Both the position numbers and the translations under genes were made by a program. From Chiloscyllium plagiosum (lineage: Eukaryota), in NCBI RefSeq assembly GCF_004010195.1, contig NC_057718.1, positions 65,680,919 through 65,744,918 on the forward strand: 64,000 nt of DNA. The letters are read 5' to 3'. Below the pieces are notes generated by a model. The model saw only the letters and a list, made by a program, of their open reading frames with translations, was not told the DNA's origin and did not search any database. Shown here piece by piece: positions 11,642 through 24,702 of this stretch (its first letter is position 1; every line of letters begins with the position of its first letter).

Positions 11642-14600
11642 AATTTCTATCTTCTTAATGTGGGAGTTGTGGTGGTTATTCTTCTGCTATTTTATATCCT
11701 AAAAAATCTAAGAATTCATTACAGTTGGCACAATACAGTGATTTCATTAATCTGCACTACATTTGAGCTAAGGCCCTAGAAGTAAAAATAAATGGTTTTT
11801 CAATCCTTTTGCTACCAATGCCCAAATGATGTTCCTCGAGTGCTGTATGTAAATTTCAACCTGTTTCTCATTTGTACAGTATTTTAATTTGTAATAACAA
11901 GTCCAGGCATGTAGGAGCTGAGCTTAGTTTTAACTTGTTTTTGTCATCACAACACCCTAAAAAAGATGAGTACTTAAACTCCTGTAGAAATGTTTACGTG
12001 CAGAATTAACCTCCCTGTTGATCCCCAGTTCACACACCTTGCTGTTCGACCCATTCCCCTATCCCAGATATGCAAACAAGTCCATCTTCCCAAACCCCCT
12101 TCCACATATTCCCTCACTTTGGACCTATATCCTTCCTTTTTATTCTAGACAGAGCTAAGTGATCCTATAAACAACAGATCAGATCTAAGCTCTGCAATCC
12201 TACCACAACTGCCACCACCTTCTCAAGGGCAATAAATACTGGTCAACCAGTGATGCCCATGTTCCACAAAATCAATTCTAATAAAAATGGCTATTTTGGG
12301 GTAAGGAGTCTATGATGCAGTCAGGGAGATGACATAGTTGGAAACCATCAACTAGGTTCCTGGCTCAGCTCGATAACTTCCTAGTGTTTTACCCCCCTTC
12401 CATCAGTAATTGTGTGTGTGATATTTTTCACCCTCCCTGGATGTGGTGAGTGAAATATTTGAATGAATTTGCCCTGGAGTGAAACACACCCCTCTCTTGC
12501 AGCATTTACAATTAAGTGAGTATGAAGGTCCAAGGTGATCAGCAACTAAGGCCCATAACTGGACTGTTGCTGACCAGGTAAGGGCCTCCTGTCACCACCT
12601 TACTGATCTCCTGCCTCCAAGTGGTGAGAAATGGGTCTGCCATGGCTACCTGCCTATTGTGTTTAGGGATACCACCAATTGTCTCAATCAATCAGTCAAT
12701 ACTCCGGAGGACTAAACTTGGCCAGCAGGCTTTCACATCCAGGATACCAGTGAAGGGGGTGGTACTCACCTTTGTCTTTTTCTCAGTTCTTTATGAACCA
12801 ATGTCACATGTTAGTTACCAACTCATACTCATCTCCAACTAATACGGCAGGAAAAGGGATAATGTTCTGAGTTACGTTTGCCAGCCTCAGGATGCACCAA
12901 GTTGGCACACAATCATATCAGGCCTGCCTGGCATTCACTGATAAGTGAGTAAAGAATGCTTTGGCCTCATCATTTGTCATGTGTTACTTGACAAATTGTA
13001 GCATTGCAGCAGTGTGCCTAGGGCTATTCCACCAGAACATCCAGACTGTTTCATCTTCTCCACCATCATCTTCGCTGCTCAGCGGAAAGCATGCTTGTGA
13101 CCACAAACGTGACTTTTACCACTGAATGAGGGCTCATGAAAGTTTGAGAACCTCTTGTCTCAACTCTTCAGCCAGGGGCTCTCAGTATCTACCCAGCCTA
13201 GCCTCTCACACTTTTGATGTGTTTCAATAAGACCATTTCTTGGACTTCTAAACTTGAGTGAGCTTTCATTATAGTCCCTTGAAGGCAAAAATATGCTTCC
13301 CTGAGTAATAATGTCCATAATGTTAAGCAAACTGAAATAATTGCATTGATTTTGCTCTGGTAAGTTGAAGGGTAGAATTTCCCCTACTGGATGTGACATG
13401 GCATTGGCAGAAAGTTGGGGAAAATACAGAGAATGAGAAGTTCTGATACTCTCTTTGAAATTCTATCTTGATTTTTCCCTTGAGCTTTAAATAGTAAAGA
13501 CTTACTCTCATTATTGAGGGGTGACCACCTTATTTTCATGTATTTGCATTTCATTAATAACCCAACTCACCTAATTTATCCACCACTTCCAATTCTCCTC
13601 TACTTTGCCAAGAAACAAGATGGCACAAATTTCCAACAAGTCAGTCAGAATGGCGAATTGCTGGTTTTAATTCATTGAATGTTTGTCTCAACTATTGCTC
13701 AAAATATCTCCACCGTAATGTCCTGGTATGCTCCATGGCTACCATTTCCACAACTTGTTGTCCCCGCAAGTTGCATCAGCAAATCACAATATCACCATGC
13801 TGCCTTTTCGATGAGTTCAGACTCCACTGCAGTCTTTCAGCATTTTACTTTGGAAACAATATAACTTGAATGTTCTGCCGGATATCTTTGTGTAAAGAGA
13901 CAGATGCATATCTCATGTATCTACAAAGGATATATTGTGTGGTGTTTAGCTAACTTTATTCATGCTCACTTGATTTGGGCTTCACTAGGAAGCTGTCACC
14001 CCCTGTCTACACCTCATTGTGCACACTCACTGACTTCAGAATTGACCTACAGGCTGCCAGCCTTTGTGTCTTGAATTGCTTTTTAAAGGGAGAGAGGCTG
14101 GCAGCTTGTGAATTTTGGGAGAATTGAACAGTCTTGGGATTGGAGATATTACTGTATGACACTGGGCTGTGTCAGTGCCACACCAACAAATGTTAGCAGC
14201 TTACATGGCAAACACATGCATGTGCTTCAAACAAATGGTCATGTCTGAAAATCAAAGGGGAGCATTATTTAGTTGGATGAGAGGCACTATGGTTAGTCAG
14301 GGTATACTCAGTCACTCTCAGTCAAGGGGGTTAACCACAGTCAGACAGGGGCTCATCTGTCTAGAGTTCTGGGATCTGTGTCCTTCTAGTCTGAATTTTG
14401 GGCCCCAGTTAGTCCAGCAGGTCAAATGCAGCCAGTCTGGGGATCACAGGTAGTTTAGCTAGGGTATTGTGGAGATATCAGTCCAGAGAATGGGCATGCT
14501 CATTTGGTACTGTCCTGCCAAATCAGTTCAGCTATTTGGCCATAGTCAATCCTAGGGTTTTGGGCAATCATGGTCAAAGATCTTATCAGGGTCAGTCCAT

Positions 14601-14744
14601 GGAGTCTGGGGAAAGTGGACAAGTCGCATCTGGAAATGCAATTCATTGCGCTATATCACTGTGGGAATGATTGCAGTGAAAGGGGACAATTCCCAATTGA
14701 AAGATAGAGGTGTTGTAGAGACTGTTAGATAAGCACACAAATAA

Positions 14745-16105
14745 AGTCATAGAGATGTACAGCACAGAAACATACCCTTCGGTCCAACTCGTCCATGCTG
14801 ACCAAATATCCTAACCTAATCTAGTTCCATTTGCCAGCACTTGGCCCATATCCCTCTAAACCTTCCCTAGTCATATACCCATCCAGATGCCTTTTAAATG
14901 TTGCAATTGTACCAGCCTCCACCACTTCCTCTGGCAGCTCATTCCATACACGTACCACCCTCTGCATGTAAGTGTTGCCCCTTAGGTCCATTTTATACCT
15001 TTCCCCTAACACCCTGTACCTATGCCCTCTAGTTCTGGACTCCCCCACCCCAGGGAAAAGACTTTATCCGTTTATCCTATCCATGCCCTTCAAGATTTTA
15101 TATACCTCTATAAGGTCACTCCTCAGCCTCCGACGCTCCAGAGAAAACAGCTCCAACCTACTCAGCCTCTCCTTATAGCTCAAATCCTCCAACCCTGGCA
15201 ACATCCTTGTAAATCTTTTCTGAACCCATGCTAGTTTCACAACATCTTTTTGGTAGGAAGGAGACCAGAATTGCACACACTATTCCAAAAGTGGTCTAAC
15301 CAAAGTCATGTACAGCTGCAACATGACCTCTTTACTCAATACTCTGGCCAATAAAGGAAAGCATACCAAATGCCACCTTCACTACCCTATCTACATGCAA
15401 CTCTACTTTCAAAGGAGCTATGAACCTGCACTTCAAAGTCTCTTTGTTCAGCAACACTCCCCAGGACCTTGCCATTAAGTGTAAAAGTCCTGCTAAGATT
15501 TGCTTTTCCAAAATGCAGCACCTCACATTTATCCAAATTAAACGCCATCTGCCATTCCTCAGCCCATTGGCCCATCTGGTCCAGATCCCGTTGAAATCTG
15601 AGGTAACCTTCTTTGCTATCCACTACACCTCCAAATTTGGTGTCATCTGCAAACTTACTACTATACCTCCAATGTTCACATCCAAATCATTATATCAATG
15701 ATGAAAAACAGTGGACCCAGCACCGATCCTGGTGGCACACCACTGAGCACAGGCCTCCAGCCTGAAAAGCAACCCACCACCACTACCCTCCGTCTTCTAA
15801 ATTCAAGCCAGTTCTGAATCCGAATGACTAGTTCTCCCTGTATTCCATGAGATCTAACCGTGCTAACCAATCTCCCACGAGGAACCTTGTCAAATGCCTT
15901 ACTGAAGTCCATATAGATCATGTCCACCGCTCTGCCCTCATCAATCCTCTTTGTTACGTCTTTTAAAAACTAATCAAGTTGTGAGACATAATTTCTAATT
16001 AGTCCTTGCCTTTCCAAATACATGTAAATCCTGTCTGTCAGGATTCCCTCCAACAACTTGCCCACCACCGATGTCAAGCTCACCAGTCTATAGTTCCCTG
16101 GCTTC
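14745..16105 (-). mobile_element. HER1/CR1 LINE, 5'-truncated, inserted in an older CR1 3' end
   Basis: IYMDFSKAFDKVP, SGVPPGSVLGP, KCEVLHFG, QFWSP, RTRGHRY motifs. Tail at 14745. Host CR1 tail at ~14680-14744 and ~16106-16208. Confidence 0.92.
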
Positions 16106-16208
16106 TCTGGCATGGAGGGAGATGGATCAAGGGCAGGCAGAAGGGATTGGTTTAATGTGGTGTCATGTTCGGCACAACATTGTGTGCTGCAGGCCCCATA
16201 CCTGTGCT

Positions 16209-16483
16209 AAATTAAGTTAAAAATCACACACATGGGATTATAGTCCAACAGGTTTATTTGGAAGCTTGCTTTCAGAGCACTGCTCCTTTATTAGGTGGGT
16301 GTGAAGTATAAGATCATAAGACACAGATCCTATAAATTCTGTGAACTTATGAACTTATATTCCACAACCACCTGATGAAGGAGCAGCACTCCGAAAGCTA
16401 GTGCTTCCAAATAAACCTGTTGGACTATAATCTGGTGTTGTGTGATTGTTGCCCACCCCTGTCCAGCACCGACTCCTCCACAT
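16209..16483. mobile_element. Fold-back Penelope terminal element (family B), two inverted arms
   Basis: 16213-16330 is the reverse complement of 16335-16450; flanking ctgtgct at 16202-16208 and 16484-16490 is a candidate TSD. Confidence 0.8.
16369..16403 (+). ncRNA. Intact minimal type-I hammerhead ribozyme motif
   Basis: CAC-CTGATGA-A-GGAG(cagca)CTCC-GAAA-GC-TA-GTG: full core, 4-bp stem II, CAC/GTG stem I, palindromic AGCT helix III, NUH triplet CUA. Confidence 0.75.
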
Positions 16484-16665
16484 CTGTGCTGTATTGTTCT
16501 GTGTTCATAGATAATGGAAGGGAGCTTGGAGTTCGAGGAGACTGACATTCTAACAGGTGACAGTCACTCCAATTTTTTATATGGGGGGGGGGAAGAGGGT
16601 GTAGGGCTATCAAGGGCATGGAAATGTGCAAAGCCTTGGCCTCTGGGATTAAATAGTGATATTCT

Positions 16666-16775
16666 GGGGGTTCTTCTGGTGTAATAGTAGTATCCCTACC
16701 TCTGGACCAGCAGGCATTGGTTCCAGCCTCACCTGCTCTAGAACTGTGTAATAACATCTCTGAACACGTTGACTT
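16666..16775 (+). mobile_element. Short tRNA-derived SINE
   Basis: A-box-like tggtgtaatagta and B-box-like ggttccagcc. A similar head fragment lies at ~4968-5000. Confidence 0.5.
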
Positions 16776-18097
16776 GACTACATTTATAATGAGGATAGTA
16801 ATAGTTATGTAAAGGGATTCAATGGAAGCAAGGTTAGCAACACAAAATGAAACATGTTTTCAGGAAAAGTCTTGCATCTCAGACGGAGTATGCAACTCTT
16901 CCTCCAGAACACAAGGTTGGCACCTTGCCAGGATGGATTGAAAGTCAATTGCTTAAAATGGCTGACACCACTTGCAAAATGGGCAAAGCAAGTTACCTCA
17001 TTTCCTTTGGGTTGGTGTAAAACTGTTTGACTTGGAGGCCTTGTTTGGGAGAATTACAGTAATTGTGCCTCCAATAATACAGCAGCACCACCCATCTGGC
17101 TTCAATTTGAACTCATTGCCAACACATTCACTGTCCAGGAATGCACATTCCAAATCTTGGCCTCAGGCAATCAGGGGCATCATTCTCAAGATTAACGTCT
17201 TCCTTGTCATGTCAACAAAACAGCTGAAGTCAGGCAAAGGCAGTTCAAAGCAGAACCTGAAGTTCTCTTTTCCCAAACACATTCCTTAAAAAAGATGGCA
17301 CTCTGCAGATGTCACATCCTCACATTGAAATGTAAGCATGCAAGGACATAGTTTTACAATGTGGAATGGACATTTTCTTTTGGTGAAAGAAGTGACTGGT
17401 AGTAACAGTGGCATACTGGCACATTTCTACATTCAATTTAGCAAAAACTTTGCAAAATAGAAGTGAATAATGTCACATTCTTCAGGAGTTCTTCTGTAGA
17501 CATGACACAGGAAGCCTGTGTGCTACGCTGTGTGAGGGCATAACATGAGGCTTCATTTCAATGGCTGAGGAGTTTCTGCAGGAAAAGAAGTCTTTCCTCA
17601 TAGATTATCTGCTCACAGATCACATATGAAAATACCATGGCTGAACTTCCTGAACATCATGAACTTCATAGTTCAAAGATCACTGATGTCTGAGGCTTTT
17701 TGCAGTGAAGGAAGCAGTAGCTTGTCAGAGATGCGCAATTCTTGGAAATTGTAACTTCTTTCATCCTTGGGATGGCTGGAGAAGCTGCTCATCCTGCATA
17801 GATGTGATGTAACTAGGTATAACAGCAAAAAATGTGCTGTAACAGAAATGTTAAGAGTGCAAGCGAGATATATTTGTAAGATGCAAACTTATTTACAATG
17901 ATGGGTAACCTATGTTCCTTCAGTAGGTTCTCTTCTTCCCCTTACTCCTATTATGGCTAAGTGCAGCCCTGACTTTCACAGCCCACTGACTCCCTAACTT
18001 ACTTAAAGCACTGGTCTTGTAAATCACCAGGTATAAATTTGAATATTATTGTGGCCTTCAAGGCTTTTCATATGCCAGTCTCCTTCAACAACAGATG

Positions 18098-18410
18098 GGG
18101 TGGCATGGTGGCGCAGTGGTTAGCACTGCTGCCTCACAGTGCCTGGGACTCTGGTTCGATTCCAGAGTCGAATTGTGTGGATTTCCTCTGGGTACTCTGG
18201 TTTCCTCCTACAATCCAAAAATGTGCAGCTTAGGTGAATTGGCCGTGCTAAATTGTCCGTAGTGTTCAGGGATGTGTAGGTTAGGTGCATTAGTCAGGGG
18301 AAATGTAAAGTAATAGGGTAGGGCAATGGGTCTGGGTGGGATACTCTTCAGAGGGTCAGTGTGGGCTTGTTGGGCCAAATGGTCTGTCCTCACACTGTAG
18401 GAATTCTATG
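18098..18410 (+). mobile_element. HE1-type V-SINE (internal deletion)
   Basis: tRNA head ggtggcgcagtggttagcac…ggttcgattcc, partial V-domain, HER1-like tail. Confidence 0.85.
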
Positions 18411-18426
18411 GAGCAATTTATATTGA

Positions 18427-18660
18427 GTGGTTAGCACTGTTGCCTCACAGCACCAGGGACCCAGGTTTGATTCCCATCTCACATTCTCTCTGTATCTCAG
18501 GGGTTTTCTCCCACAGTCCAAAGATGTGCAGGTTAGGTGCATTGGCCATGAGAAATGTAGAGTTACAGGGATAGGGTACGGGGGTGGAATCTGGATGGGT
18601 CCTCCTTGGGAGGGTAGGTGTGGACTTAATGGGCCTGCTTCTGCATTGTATTGATTCTGA
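18427..18660 (+). mobile_element. HE1-type SINE, older and deleted copy
   Basis: gtggttagcactgttgcctcacag…ccacagtccaaagatgtgcagg…gggcctgcttc. Confidence 0.8.
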
Positions 18661-19269
18661 GGTAGATGGAGTCTGCTCTGAAAGACTTGGCTGGCTGCTT
18701 CTGGGGGTATTTAGGCTTAAAGGTCTAAGGTTTGCTGCGAGTGTCCTTGCCAAATGTAGGCTTACCCTTCTCAGCTTAAAATTCCAGCGGCTTTATGACC
18801 ACGGCCAATGGGCACCTAGAGGTGCACTCTGGAGTATTATGAGGAGAAAAGTATTAGTGTCCCGTGAGTGACTCTCTTCCTCCCTATGGGTGCCTAAAGG
18901 TCCCACCCTGACAGGATAGGGCACCTGGAGTAGATTGAGGCCTATGTCCTCCTCTTGCCTTGGTATTGATACTGTGACTACAGCACTGATGTGCAGGTCC
19001 CTGCATATATCTGGCAGACTTTTGCTGGACCTGAACTACATAGCAGTTGCAAACCTGTCTAAGGGGACAGGCAAATGCATTCAGGCTAGAGTAAGTACAG
19101 TGCTGATAATATTGATGGACCCCTCCCTCCTTCAATCCAGTTTACTGAAGGCCTCTGACAAACTTGCTAGATGTTCTATACTTTGCCCACACTGCTGGTG
19201 CTGTGTTTAATGCAAGGTCCTGGCAGTGGGAAGCAATTCTGGCCCTCTTGCTGCACAATTCCTTGAGAA

Positions 19270-19445
19270 AGGGCCTCTCAAATATTAATTCAGATCTCTC
19301 TTTTGCTCTCTGCACCTTCTCTGTGGCTGTAACACTGTATTCTGCACTCTGTTCTGCTACACTGATGCACATTGTATGGTATGATCTGCCTGTATAGCAT
19401 GCAGTACAACACTTTTCACTGTATCTCAATACATGTGACAATAGT
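19270..19445 (+). mobile_element. Rex1/Babar-like LINE 3' tail
   Basis: ttttcactgtatctcaatacatgtgacaata terminal motif, typical of Rex1/Babar ends (from recall). Confidence 0.55.
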
Positions 19446-19469
19446 AAATTGTCACATGTATTGAGATAC
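19421..19469. repeat. Perfect inverted repeat, 22-bp arms, 5-nt spacer
   Basis: gtatctcaatacatgtgacaat-agtaa-attgtcacatgtattgagatac. Confidence 0.95.
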
Positions 19470-19799
19470 TGGCATCATCAACAAAGTGAAGATTAGAAGA
19501 TTGAATCAGAAAAGTTATTCAGAGCCATGGTGAACTAGAAACTATGAATTTCACTCAACAAAACGTTTCAACTGAAAATAGTGAACCCCACCCAGGACTT
19601 TGTAACATCCTTTGGAACATAGTAGTTTGTAATATTGGGATTTTGATCTGTCCAAAATATTTAATTTGGAAGATGCCCACTTACGCAGAAGTTAGTTTTC
19701 TATATATTCTACTATGTGGAAATGCAAATAGAAAGTCTAGTTAAATTCAGAATGCATTTTTGGAGCTGCACCCATATTATTAACATATAATTTCATAAC

Positions 19800-20095
19800 C
19801 TTAGACAGCACCTTCCAAACTCACTACCAATTCTATCTAGAAGGACAAGGGCAGCAGATACTTGGAAATACCATTCCATTCCAAGCCAATAATCATCCTG
19901 ACTTGGAAACATATCACCTTTCCTTCACTGTTGCTGGGTCAATGACCTGAAACTCCCTCCCTAATAATATTGTGAGTTTACCTACAGCAAATGGACTGCA
20001 GCAGTTCAACATAGCAGCTCACCATTACCTTCTCAAGGACAACCTGGAGACAGGTAAAAATGCTAGATCAGTCAGCAATACCCACATTCCATATA
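19800..20095 (+). mobile_element. L2/CR1-group LINE 3' fragment
   Basis: cagcaccttccaaac…tggactgcagcagttcaa…ccttctcaagg tail. The same tail occurs at ~12210-12285, ~20225-20295 and ~37620-37690. Confidence 0.7.
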
Positions 20096-20800
20096 GCATA
20101 TTTTGAAGTATTAACCATAAATTCTATAAATGCCAACTCTAAATATAAATTTTTTATAGCTACATGCACAATCTTTGTGAGGAAATATATATTACACTTT
20201 GAAAGCAACCTTTACTGTTTAGTTCAGCTTACCACCATCTCTAGGGATGGGCAACATATGTTGGCCCAGTCCGTGACATCCCAAGAATGCATTTAAAAAA
20301 AATATAAAAGTACTTAAGTTTTGTTTGTCATGTGAAATTCTGACATTTTTGAGCTATTATGAAGTGGAATGTTAAAAGTTCACTTTTAAATATTGTGAAT
20401 TCTAAGCCTTAGCTGGGGGAAGTGGTCAGTGAACACAAGCCATTCCCCCTGAAAGATTACAAGAATGTATCACCCCATATTTGGCTTGGAATAACCTTGG
20501 GGATTGGGTACCTACTGTCTCTTCAATGGATCCAAAATGGGAGGAAGATTTTATCATCAAGAACACCCCCTCCAATAACACAGACTGGTGGATTTAGTGG
20601 AACTTCTTCCTCTTTCTCTAAGTTTATGACATGTCTAAATAGGACCTCTACTGAACTTCCACTGAAGTTCCAGTGATGGAAAGGAGTCCAAAGGAAATTC
20701 CTCACTTTAGCCAATGTTTGGCAATTTGTTTTTAGCTACTTCCCTATTTGATTTATTTAACCCCTTCTGATTTGCTATGTCTTGACACTTTTTGTTTTGT

Positions 20801-21123
20801 GATTAGATTACTTAGATTACTTACAGTGTGGAAACAGGCCCTTCGGCCCAACAAGTCCACACCGACCCACCGAAGCGCAACCCGCCCAGACCCATTCCCC
20901 TATATTTATCCCTGCACCTAACACTACAGGCAATTTAGCATGGCCAATTCACCTAACCTGCACATTTTTGGTCTGTGGGAGGAAACCGGAGCATCCGGAG
21001 GAAACCCACGCAAACACGGGGAGAATGTGCAAACTCCACACAGTCAGTCACCTGAGGCAGGAATTGAACCTGGGTCTCTGGTGCTGTGAGGCAGCAGTGC
21101 TAACCACTGTGCCACCGTGCCGC
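20801..21123 (-). mobile_element. HE1 V-SINE, full length
   Basis: Complete head, V-domain and (taatc)n-type tail on the minus strand. Confidence 0.93.
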
Positions 21124-22715
21124 TGATTATCCAGCAAAGGCTAGCAAAGTATTTCAGGGCTTGAAGATGATTATGTTAAGGTATCTCTTCAATATTGATT
21201 TACAACTGACAGAAAAGTTAAGATATAAATATTTTATTTAGGGTGACCTCACTAAAGAATCATAGGCAATCAATACTGCACATTTACAATATTGAACTCT
21301 CATTTGTTCAGTTTTTAACTGAACAAGTATTACAAAAGTTAGAATACTGATGACATACAGAATTATGAAGAACTGCTAAACACTGATCCACTTTTCTTTT
21401 TTAAAAAGAGAAGTTATGTGTAGCTTGAAGCAGATTTCAATCTGAAGCACTAATGCGCTGTGAAATCGAACTGTTTTAAGTTCAGCAGTAAAGTGCCCGA
21501 TGGGCAATTGAATATTATTGAAGTATTCTTTTTTCAGGCATTTGACCAAAACACCTGGCAGCTTTATCTCAGAGCTCAAATAGTTTCACCCTTTGTCCCA
21601 TTATTCTTATATTTTCAAAAAAGTGCTGCTTTAAACAGCAGTTAATATCTGCATGGATGTTGCAAATCATGAACTGAGCACACTGTCTTAATGTGACCTT
21701 CCACATGTAATGAAACTGACTTAGTTTAGATTAATATCTTTTAAGTATGGGACAGTTATTCTACTGAAGCTCCATCTTTGACTGTTACACAATTAAGGTC
21801 ATCTGTCATTTTGGATTTATTTGGTCTTCTACGACATCCATATTTCAATGTTTGAAATTGATGTCCTGCTCATTTAGTTTCTTCATTGTAATTTACATTG
21901 TACTGCAAACTATTTTCATGGATTGTGCCTTGTACCAGGAAATGGGTAAAAATTAGTACTATTTCCAGAATCTTGCCCAAGTATTTGATCTATTAGTTGA
22001 TAGTGACGCAATTTCTTGGAGCCTCAATGTGCTTTTGTGCAAGTGTGCCTCAGCAGAATTCATTCCAAAGCAAATGTTTTAAAGTAGCATAAGATGTACA
22101 TATTCACAGTATATAATTGAATTTCTTAATGGTTTAAATGCAAGAACAGCAATAGTTAAGTCAATATTGACTGTCTCTTAAATTAGGCACATTTACATGA
22201 TTGTAGGTTTTGTCTGTTTAATTAATTGTGTGTGTAGATGGAGGGTGGAAGAGACGTTATGCTGTCAATTTGCATTACCTGAGGTTACCTTCTGATTCAG
22301 AACCTTTGTATTAATTGTTATAAATTATTCCATTATTTTGCCGAATGAGACACATGCAAAATATCTGTATTTTTCAAAAATGCCCAGGGTTAGTTTCAGG
22401 TTTGAGGCACACACTAGTTGACTGATTTATTTGAGGTGTGCAGACAAAATTTATCTCAAACCGGTAGTGGTTGGAGAGGAGAGTGAAAAAGAAAAATCAG
22501 CCTATTTCTGATACTTATGACATCCACATAGGAATTAGTGGATTATGAAAATAAGAAATAGAGAGGCAGTAGGCACTCCAGCTCCTTAAACCTACTCCAG
22601 CATTCATTTTCACTTTGACACCTTATCCCTGTAATTTCCCCAGTGTCCACAAATTTAATGCTCTCAACTTTGAAGATGCTCAATGACTAAATATCAACAT
22701 TCACATCTGCATCCA

Positions 22716-23030
22716 GTGGCATGGTGGCTCAGTGGTTAGCACTACCACCTCACAGCACCAGGAATCTGAATTTAATTCTAGCCTTGGACAACTGTCTCTG
22801 TCGAGAGTGTGGTGCTCGAAAAGCACAGCAGGTGGAGCATCCGAGGAGCAGGAGAATCAACATTTCAGGCATAAACCCTTCATCCTGACTCACACTCTCC
22901 ACTCTGATCTCCAGCTCTTTGGGTGCTCCGGTTTCCTCCCACAGTCCAAAGATGTGCAGGTTAGGTGGATTGGCTATGCTAAATTGCCCTGTAGTACTGA
23001 TGGATGTGCAGGTTAGGTGGGTTAGCCTTG
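22716..23030 (+). mobile_element. HE1-type SINE with nested Penelope family A terminal piece (22801-22915)
   Basis: The SINE head and V-domain are split by gagagtgtggtgctcgaaaagcac…cttcatc plus a short inverted arm. Confidence 0.8.
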
Positions 23031-23469
23031 GGCAACCTGAGGGTGTTGTGTTGAAGCAGCTGGTCATTGTTGCTGTCCAGGTCTACACCTGAAACCTGTC
23101 AGACTGTACTCAGGACTAACTTCAAGGCAGGACAGCTGCTGGGACTACTCACTTGTACATAATCACATCCTCTCATGCTTATTTGGATATTGACATTTTC
23201 ATACCATTCTAGCTGTACATATTTTTATCACACATTTTAACATCAAAGAATATCTTGAGTTGATTCATGAAGACCTAATGAGGCAATGCATACCAATGAA
23301 CTGACTGGCCTTCCTAGAATTTCCATCACGTTTTGTTTTTAAAAAATCTTCAAAAAAATCCTACTTGACCCAAATTTAAGTGCATGGATAATTTACACCA
23401 CTTTTCTCTTGGTTTGACCAACAGAGTCTTATTGTGTTTTAGCCTCTTGTACATAATCTGCATTCATCT

Positions 23470-24135
23470 AGGGGAGGTGACAGCCTACTGGCATTGCTGC
23501 TAGACTAATAACCCAGAGACCTAGGTTATGTCCTGTGGGTTTGAACCTTGCTATGGCAGAGGGTGAAATTTGAATTCAATACAAATCTGGAATTAAGAGT
23601 TTAAAGATGACTATGAATCTATTGTTGGGGAATAACCGTGTGGGCAGCACGGTGGCACAGTGGTTAGCACTGCTGCCTCACAGCGCCAGAGACCTGGGTT
23701 CAATTCCCGCCTCAGGCGACTGACTCTGTGGAGTTTGCACGTTCTCCCTGTGTCTGTGTGGGTTTCCTCCGGGTGCTCCGGTTTCCTCCCACAGTCCAAA
23801 GATGTGCAGGTCAGGTGAATTGGCCATGCTAAATTGCCCGTAGTGTTAGGTAAGGGGTAAATGTAGGGATATGGGTGGGTTGCGCTTCGGCGGGGCGGTG
23901 TGGACTTGTTGGGCCGAAGGGCCTGTTTCCACACTGTAAGTAATCTAAAACCCATCTGGTTCACTAATGTCCCTTAGGGAAGGAAACTGCTATCCTTATC
24001 TGGTCTGGCTGACATGTGACTCCAGGCTCACAGCAATGTGATTGACTCTTAACCTGCCCTCTGGGCAATGAGGGATGGACAATAAATATTGGTCTAGCCA
24101 GCATTGCCCTCATCCTGTAATGAATTTAAAAAACT
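23470..24135 (+). mobile_element. SacSINE1-like SINE interrupted by HE1
   Basis: ggggaggtg head, catctggttcactaatgtcccttagggaagg core and gggatggacaataaat LINE-derived tail. Family name from recall. Confidence 0.7.
23641..23946 (+). mobile_element. HE1 V-SINE, full length, young
   Basis: Near-identical to copies at 29799, 57421 and 62950. Confidence 0.95.
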
Positions 24136-24702
24136 TGTTTATGGGGTATTCACTTGCATGTGTATACCAAACATGATTTAACCATCTTTTTCTTACAGAT
24201 GATATTTTATTCTAAGTCCAACCTGCAATTGCCACATTGGAATGGTAAAATGGAACAAATTTGCTATGACATCTCAGTAGTGTTAATTCCTGTTGAATTT
24301 CTTGACCTACTTTTAGTCCTGAGAGATTCAGAGTTTGGGAATTCAGCAGTTAATATATGTCCTTTGTGAGTCACATGGTGGAGGTTCATTGCTAGCAAGT
24401 GTGAAGTTATGCATTTTGGATTGAGATGAGTAAACCAGAATACTTTCTATATGGCATGAAGTTAAATATAGTGGATGTCCAAAGCAACCTGGGGGTTCAG
24501 ACAAATCGATCTTTAAAATGCTATAAACAGCAGCAGGAAATAATCAAGAAATGGAATGCTAGCTTTTATACCCAGTGCACTGGATGCAGAAATTATACTC
24601 CCTTGCAGTGTATTGAGCAGATTTTGGCATCACACCTTATAATAGTATATTATTGGTCTTGGAGGGAGTACAATGTAAGTTTACAAGAATGACACCTGGG
24701 CT

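Noticed and set aside
17290..17810. Faint Harbinger transposase-like peptide hints
   Set aside because: Many stops, motifs in the wrong order, no DDE triad or TIRs.
20490..20600. GDWV…DPKWEED, resembling a retroviral integrase C-terminal motif
   Set aside because: Only a few residues match; no flanking integrase core or LTR.
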